Shown: one piece after another, positions 61,134 through 64,000 of the stretch | How positions within the stretch are numbered: position 1 is the stretch's first letter | How the letters are laid out: each line of letters opens with the position of its first letter | From: Sedimentisphaerales bacterium | GTDB lineage: Bacteria; Planctomycetota; Phycisphaerae; Sedimentisphaerales; SM23-30 | Assembly: GCA_963666285.1 (NCBI GenBank) | Contig: OY762711.1 | DNA length: 64,000 nucleotides | Reading direction: 5' to 3' (one strand) | The notes under the pieces: generated by a model | Told to the model about the DNA's origin: nothing | Seen by the model: the letters and a program-made list of their open reading frames with translations, nothing else | Database searches by the model: none | Program-made: the position numbers and the translations under genes

Positions 61134-61194
61134 GGTTAACTCCTCTTATGTTTTAGTTAGGAAAAAAGGGGTCCGTCATGCCCCGTAGAAAAGC

Positions 61195-61686
61195 TTAAAA
61201 TATTTTCGGTCTTCGTCTCCTAAATTCCTTCGGAACATACTCCACTTCACTTCTCAAATACATCTTCCATCTTCCCTTCTCATTTTTCCAGCAAAACACC
61301 CCTAACTCTTCACTGTAACACCAGACTATATCATCCTTCAAATTATCTCCATCCCACATAAACCAGGTCGTACACATCATATTAAAATCATACTTACCAT
61401 TCCAATATTTATACACCTCTTTTCCAGTCTTAACATCAACAATCGTAAAATAATAATTCGAATTATCAAGAAAAATCTCTAGCCTGTACTTACCGGATGG
61501 CGACACTGCACCATGTCCTATTGTTGATTCGTACTCATATTCAGCTTCATATGATATCAATTGTTCAATGCGTTCTCTTTGCATCTTTCTTTCAAATATT
61601 AATGCTACTTGATTTCCAAAGATAAGTATTATTAACGATGCTGCTAACACATAAAATATAATTGTCGGCACCAAATGCTTCTTCAT
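61195..61686 (-). CDS. Hypothetical protein with N-terminal membrane anchor
   Basis: MKKHLVPTIIFYVLAASLIILIFG; SPSGKY...W...W.YS.ELG...W. Confidence 0.65.
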   Translation of the reverse strand: MKKHLVPTIIFYVLAASLIILIFGNQVALIFERKMQRERIEQLISYEAEYEYESTIGHGAVSPSGKYRLEIFLDNSNYYFTIVDVKTGKEVYKYWNGKYDFNMMCTTWFMWDGDNLKDDIVWCYSEELGVFCWKNEKGRWKMYLRSEVEYVPKEFRRRRPKIF

Positions 61687-61750
61687 TATAAACAACTCTC
61701 TTAATTAAACAGCCCGTACCATTTTTTTTATTCATAACTCATTTCTAAAT

Positions 61751-61927
61751 TACTCAAACTGACCGAGCAGAATCTACATATTATTGTAACATGTTTTTAG
61801 GCAATACATTAAGCTCAAATTTAAATTAGTCTGCCGCCTGCCCTGAGTTCATCGAAGGGCAGCGGCTTTCCTCCCCTTATCCCTTATCTCTTATCCCTCT
61901 CAAACTAACCATTGTTCAGTTTGAGTA
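61751..61927. mobile_element. MITE family C, best-preserved copy
   Basis: TIRs TACTCAAACTGA / TCAGTTTGAGTA, AAT on both flanks, with nested REP and CCCTTAT heptamers. Confidence 0.75.
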
Positions 61928-62045
61928 AATTATACAGTTTATGGTTTATTTGTCCCAACTTTTAAATAAAATATTAGCTGAACCTCATTATTGCTTTACT
62001 GCCAATATATACTGTACCCAAATACAGCCCAGGTTAACTCGAATA

Positions 62046-63190
62046 TGAACCCTGATTCTGTCTTTGACAATGTGATTATTTGCGACCAGGACATCGAACT
62101 CGATAAGATGCTCGCTGCCATGCCCGGCAAACCCGGCATATGCCTGCTCTGCGCCCACGGCGACAAGCCCATCCTGCTGCTGCACGGATCAAATATAAGA
62201 CTTATCGTCAAACGCAGACTCGAACAAACCGCTGAAGACGGCAAAACCAAAAAGGCAAATCTCAGACCGCTTATCACAAAACTATATTTCAAAAACAGTT
62301 ATAGTAAGTTCGAAACCCAGCTCGATTATTTCGATGCTGCCCAAAAAATTTACCCCGCCAGCTGGAAAAACCTGTTCCCCAGGCTTAGCTCATGGTACCT
62401 ACTGCTCGACCGCTCCAACACCGTTCCGGTATTCAAAACCGTCAAAAAATATGAGCCCCAAAAAGGACCGCACTGGGGACCGTTCGCCACCAAGGTCAAT
62501 GCCGAACGAATGCTGGAGGCCGTTATTGTCATCCACAAACTTTGCCGATGTGCCGCAAACCTGCTCACCGCTCCCAACGCCACCCCATGCAGCTACGCTC
62601 AGATGGACCTATGCCTCAGGGTTTGTGATGGTACTACCAGCATCGAACTATATAACAACACGATAGAAAAAGCTATTTACTTCCTCAACGAACCTGTCCA
62701 GGTATCTCTCGAATCTATGGAAGAACAGATCAGGCAATATTCCATCCAGCTCGAATTTGAAAAAGCTGAAAAAATGCATCGCATCGCTTCCGAATGCAAA
62801 AAAATCGCCGGCAAGGCATACAAGTGGATCGGTCCTATGCAAAATTTCCAGATCATCAGCTTCCAGCCAGGCCCGAAATTCAAAGCTGAAACCCGCGGCA
62901 AAAAAACTGGCATAAGCCCCGTCATAATATCCTCCACCGGCGGCATAACCAGGCTTGAACCTTTCCCTGTTTCCCTGGCTGATGAAAAATGCAAAGATAT
63001 CCTGCAATCTATCCGCAGCAGTAGCCAAAAGTCCGATAATACTACCCTCTCCCATCAGCAGCAGTATATGCTCGCATGGATCACCCAGCTCATCAGTACA
63101 TCCAATAAACAGCAAGGCATATTCGTAAAAGTTTCCGACAGCTTATCGGCCCTTAACATCACCGAGCAAATCAAATCACATTTTGCCTGA
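62046..63190 (+). CDS. UvrC N-terminal-like (Cho-like) protein with degenerate GIY-YIG motif
   Basis: PGKPGIC, WGPF, Cys cluster C.C...PCSY....C..VC, UVR motif LEFEKA. ATG 62046 preferred over TTG 61991. Confidence 0.7.
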
Positions 63191-63264
63191 TACCTGATAA
63201 CCTGAACCCTATCAATCGCCCCAGAAACAACTTAAAGCTTCTAACCTCCCTCTTCTATTGTTTT

Positions 63265-63365
63265 CATCCCTCTTACTTCTTACTTCTTACCTTTCCCCTC
63301 TTACTTCTCTCTTCTCCCTTCTCTCTTTTCTCTTTTCTCTTTTCTCTTCTCTCTTTTCTAACTTT
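63265..63365. repeat. Pyrimidine-rich 7-bp-period tract
   Basis: CTTACTT/CTTCTCT/CTTTTCT units. Confidence 0.7.
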
Positions 63366-63638
63366 TTTTCAGCTCATTTCCCACATTCTAGTAATGTTGC
63401 CTTTATTATTATTCGATTTATAGTAAGCATTCGTAGTTTATATATAGAACAAGGAAATAGCTAATGCGAAGCAACACATTAACTTATATCTTGTTTCTTA
63501 TATCTTATTACTGTAACCGTACTAACGGTTACAAATTAGTATGCAGATGCTCATTTTGAGCCTCAAAATACTGGAATGTGTTTTACTGAGTAACAAACTG
63601 TTATAGCGACAGTATCACACCGACATCAGATAAGTGCT

Positions 63639-64000
63639 ATGGCAACAGAAAAAATAGACAACCTGGACAACAACAAACAATATCATCCTGATTTTGTGCC
63701 GGTCCCGCTGCGCCACGTTTCTCCTGACATGCTTGCCAAAATCAAAATCTATCTGAACGGCAGTAAAGGTAATTTCAACCTGTACAACAAGGACGGGCTG
63801 GGCTTCACCAGGACAGACTATAACAGGCTGCTGGAAAACGATCATCAATTTGTTTATGTCTCTACCAAAGATTTCGGTAGCTACTACGATTATTTCAGCG
63901 ACAGCCTCCAGCCTATTCTGCAGGACAAATCTCTGGAGCTGTTCTTAAGAATCCAGTTTGCTTACGAATCCACTATCGCACTGGCAAAAAAAATTATCGA
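63639..64000 (+). CDS. N-terminus of a CDS running off the window, possibly an HD-GYP-type protein
   Basis: Open frame MATEKIDNLDNNKQYHPDFVPVPLRHV...YESTIALAKKII with no stop. The family is a guess from the N-terminal pattern only. Confidence 0.55.
   Translation, partial: MATEKIDNLDNNKQYHPDFVPVPLRHVSPDMLAKIKIYLNGSKGNFNLYNKDGLGFTRTDYNRLLENDHQFVYVSTKDFGSYYDYFSDSLQPILQDKSLELFLRIQFAYESTIALAKKII

Overview
A 64-kb chromosomal segment, most likely from a Planctomycetota (Phycisphaerae/Sedimentisphaerales-like) bacterium. That assignment is inferred from secreted proteins ending in a DxNxDxxVDxxDFAxxAxxW dockerin-like tail, a prepilin/H-X-DG protein, an HZS-alpha-like heme protein and DUF3467. Recognisable genes include a GH2 beta-glucuronidase (cut by the window edge), ilvA, groES-groEL, a GGDEF protein, cheW and an MCP, an OprB-type porin, wza/wzc/wecA-like genes, a surface glycosylation cluster, a phosphoesterase locus, a radical SAM-ferredoxin pair, rsgA and a UvrC-like gene. 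I found no rRNA, tRNA, CRISPR array, transposase or integrase. The intergenic DNA is dense in non-autonomous repeats: at least three MITE-like families, several REP-like hairpins nested inside them, and 7-bp-period pyrimidine tracts. Main candidates for follow-up: (1) an AT-rich tcmP + DUF5131 (Gp37/Gp68) module inside a split copy of a repeat whose unsplit version is also in the window (2673-2851); (2) an eight-copy, co-oriented, asymmetric-ended structured element sitting at gene boundaries, with 5-bp target duplications; (3) a probable leader-peptide attenuator upstream of rsgA; (4) an unannotated hairpin-rich small transcript at about 39.6-39.8 kb; (5) an 18-bp palindromic operator shared by two large secreted proteins. 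All protein assignments come from motif recognition by eye, not database searches.
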